In this document: piece by piece, positions 62,220 to 64,000 of the stretch
Layout of the letters: every line of letters starts with the position of its first letter
Position numbering within the stretch: the first letter of the stretch is position 1
Source of the DNA: Mobula birostris
Lineage: Eukaryota
Direction of reading: 5' to 3'
DNA length: 64,000 bases
Assembly: GCF_030028105.1 (NCBI RefSeq)
Contig: NC_092380.1
Location: 29,165,144 to 29,229,143, forward strand
Position numbers and translations under genes: made by a program
The notes under the pieces: model-generated
Told to the model about the DNA's origin: nothing
The model's input: the letters and a program-made list of their open reading frames with translations, nothing else
Database searches by the model: none

Positions 62220-64000
62220 TCCCTCCTCCCTGTCTGCCCTCCCCCTCTGCCCTCCCTCCTCCACCTTCGTCTCACTCCTTCTCCTCTCTCACCTCCTCTC
62301 TCCTCTGCTTCCCATCCTCTCCCACCTCGCCACCCCCCTCCGTCCCCCTTCTTCTCCCACCTCTCCACCCCCTCTGTCCTCCTTCTTCTCCCAGCTCTCC
62401 ACCCCCTCCGTCCCCCTTCTTCTCCCAGCTCTCCACCCCCTCCGTCCCCCCCATCCCCCTTCTTCTCCCACCTCTCCGTCCCCCTTCTTCTCCCACCTCT
62501 CCGCCCCCTCCGTCCCCCTTCTTTTCCCACCTCTCCGCCCCCTCCGTCCCCCTTCTCCCACCTCTCCGCCCCCCTTCTTCTCCCACCCCTCCTTCCCCTT
62601 CTTCTCCCAACCCCCTTCCCCTTCTTCTCCCACCCCTCCTTCCCCCTCCTTCTCCCTTCTCCCACCTTTCCACCCCTCCATCCCCCTTCTCCCACCTCTC
62701 CACCCTTCCTTCCCCTCTTCTACCACCTCTCCATCCCCTCCATCCCCCTTCTTCCCCCACCCCTCCTTCCCCCACCCCTCCCTCCCCCTTCTTCTCCCAC
62801 CCCTCCCTCCCACTTCTTCTCCCACCCCTCCCTCCCCCTTCTTCTCCCACCCCTCCATCCCCCTTCTTCTCCCACCCCTCCATCCCCCTTCTTCTCCACC
62901 CCTCCATCCCTCCTTCCCCTTCTTCTCCCACCCCTCCATCCCTCCTTCCCCTTCTTCTCCCACCCCTCCACCCCTCCTTCCCCTTCTTCTCCCACCTCTC
63001 CACCCCTCCTTCCCCTTCTTCTCCCACCTCTCCACCCCTCCTTCCCCTTCTTCTCCCACCTCTCCTTCCCCTTCTTCTCCCACCCCTCCATCCCCCTTCT
63101 TCTCCCACCCCTCCATCCCCTTCTTCTCCCACCCCTCCATCCCCTTCTTCTCCCACCCCTCCATCCCCTTCTTCTCCCACCCCTCCATCCCCTTCTTCTC
63201 CCACCCCTCCATCCCCCTTCTTCTCCCACCCCTCCACCCCTCCTTCCCTTCTTCTCCCACCCCTCCACCCCTCCTTCCCTTCTTCTCCCACCCCTCCTTC
63301 CCTTCTTCTCCCACCCCTCCACCCCTCCTTCCCTTCTTCTCCCACCCCTCCACCCCTCCTTCCCTTCTTCTCCCACCCCTCCACCCCTCCTTCCCTTCTT
63401 CTCCCACCTCTCCACCCCTCCTTCCCTTCTTCTCCCACCCCTCCACCCCTCCTTCCCTTCTTCTCCCACCCCTCCACCCCCCTTCCCCTTCTTCTCCCAC
63501 CCCTCCTTCCCCTTCTTCTCCCACCTCTCCACCCCTCCTTCCCCTTCTTCTCCCACCTCTCCACCCCCTCCTTCCCCCTTCTCCCACCTCTCCACCCCTC
63601 CTTCCCCCTTCCTCCACCTCTCCACCCCTCCTTCCCCCTTCCCCCACCTCTCCACCCCTCCTTCCCCCTTCCCCCACCTCTCCACCCCGCCTACCCCCTT
63701 CTCCCACCTCTCCACCACGCCTTCCCCCTTCTCCCTTCTTCTCCCACCCCTCCTTCTCCCTTCTTCTCCCACCCCTTCTTCTCCCACCCCTTCTTCTCCC
63801 ACCCCTCCTTCTCCCACCCCTCCTTCTCCCTTCTTCTCCCACCCCTCCTTCTCCCTTCTTCTCCCACCCCTCCTTCTCCCTTCTTCTCCCACCCCTCCTT
63901 CTCCCTTCTTCTCCCACCCCTCCTTCTCCCTTCTTCTCCCACCCCTCCTTCTCCCTTCTTCTCCCACCCCTCCTTCTCCCTTCTTCTCCCACCCCTCCTT
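62220..64000. repeat. Polypyrimidine/polypurine minisatellite
   Basis: Almost G-free plus strand built from CCTTCTTCTCCCACCCCTCC variants, with a perfect 25-bp unit near the window end. Confidence 0.95.

Noticed and set aside
62048-63992. Long G/E/R/K/W-rich ORFs (215-567 aa) on the minus strand
   Set aside because: They are open in all three frames because the purine-rich repeat lacks stop codons; no evidence of a real protein.

Overview
Eukaryotic, repeat-dense genomic DNA, most likely from a cartilaginous fish (inferred from HE1-like V-SINEs and the CR1, Penelope and Rex-type repeat mix). The only intact host genes are two direct-repeat cassettes, each with a replication-dependent histone H1 and a histone H3.2 gene (stem-loop plus HDE); no H2A, H2B or H4 is present. 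The histone tracts appear to be homogenised by gene conversion. Most of the rest is transposon-derived: CR1, Rex1/Babar-like, Nimb/I and L1 LINE pieces, solo LTRs with TSDs, a Gypsy relic, two hAT relics, a head-to-tail Helitron dimer inserted at an A|T site, V-SINEs, two satellites and a long purine/pyrimidine tract. The most notable observations are: (i) minimal type-I hammerhead ribozymes in Penelope-like ends, including a 220-bp spacerless fold-back palindrome; (ii) a captured promoter/5' exon of the V-ATPase c-subunit gene (ATP6V0C-like) inside a non-autonomous retroelement; (iii) two inverted relics of a signal-peptide first exon; (iv) a ZNF143/YY1 housekeeping-type promoter near 60.7 kb. 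All assignments are by eye; no database searches were run and repeat boundaries are approximate unless a TSD is given.
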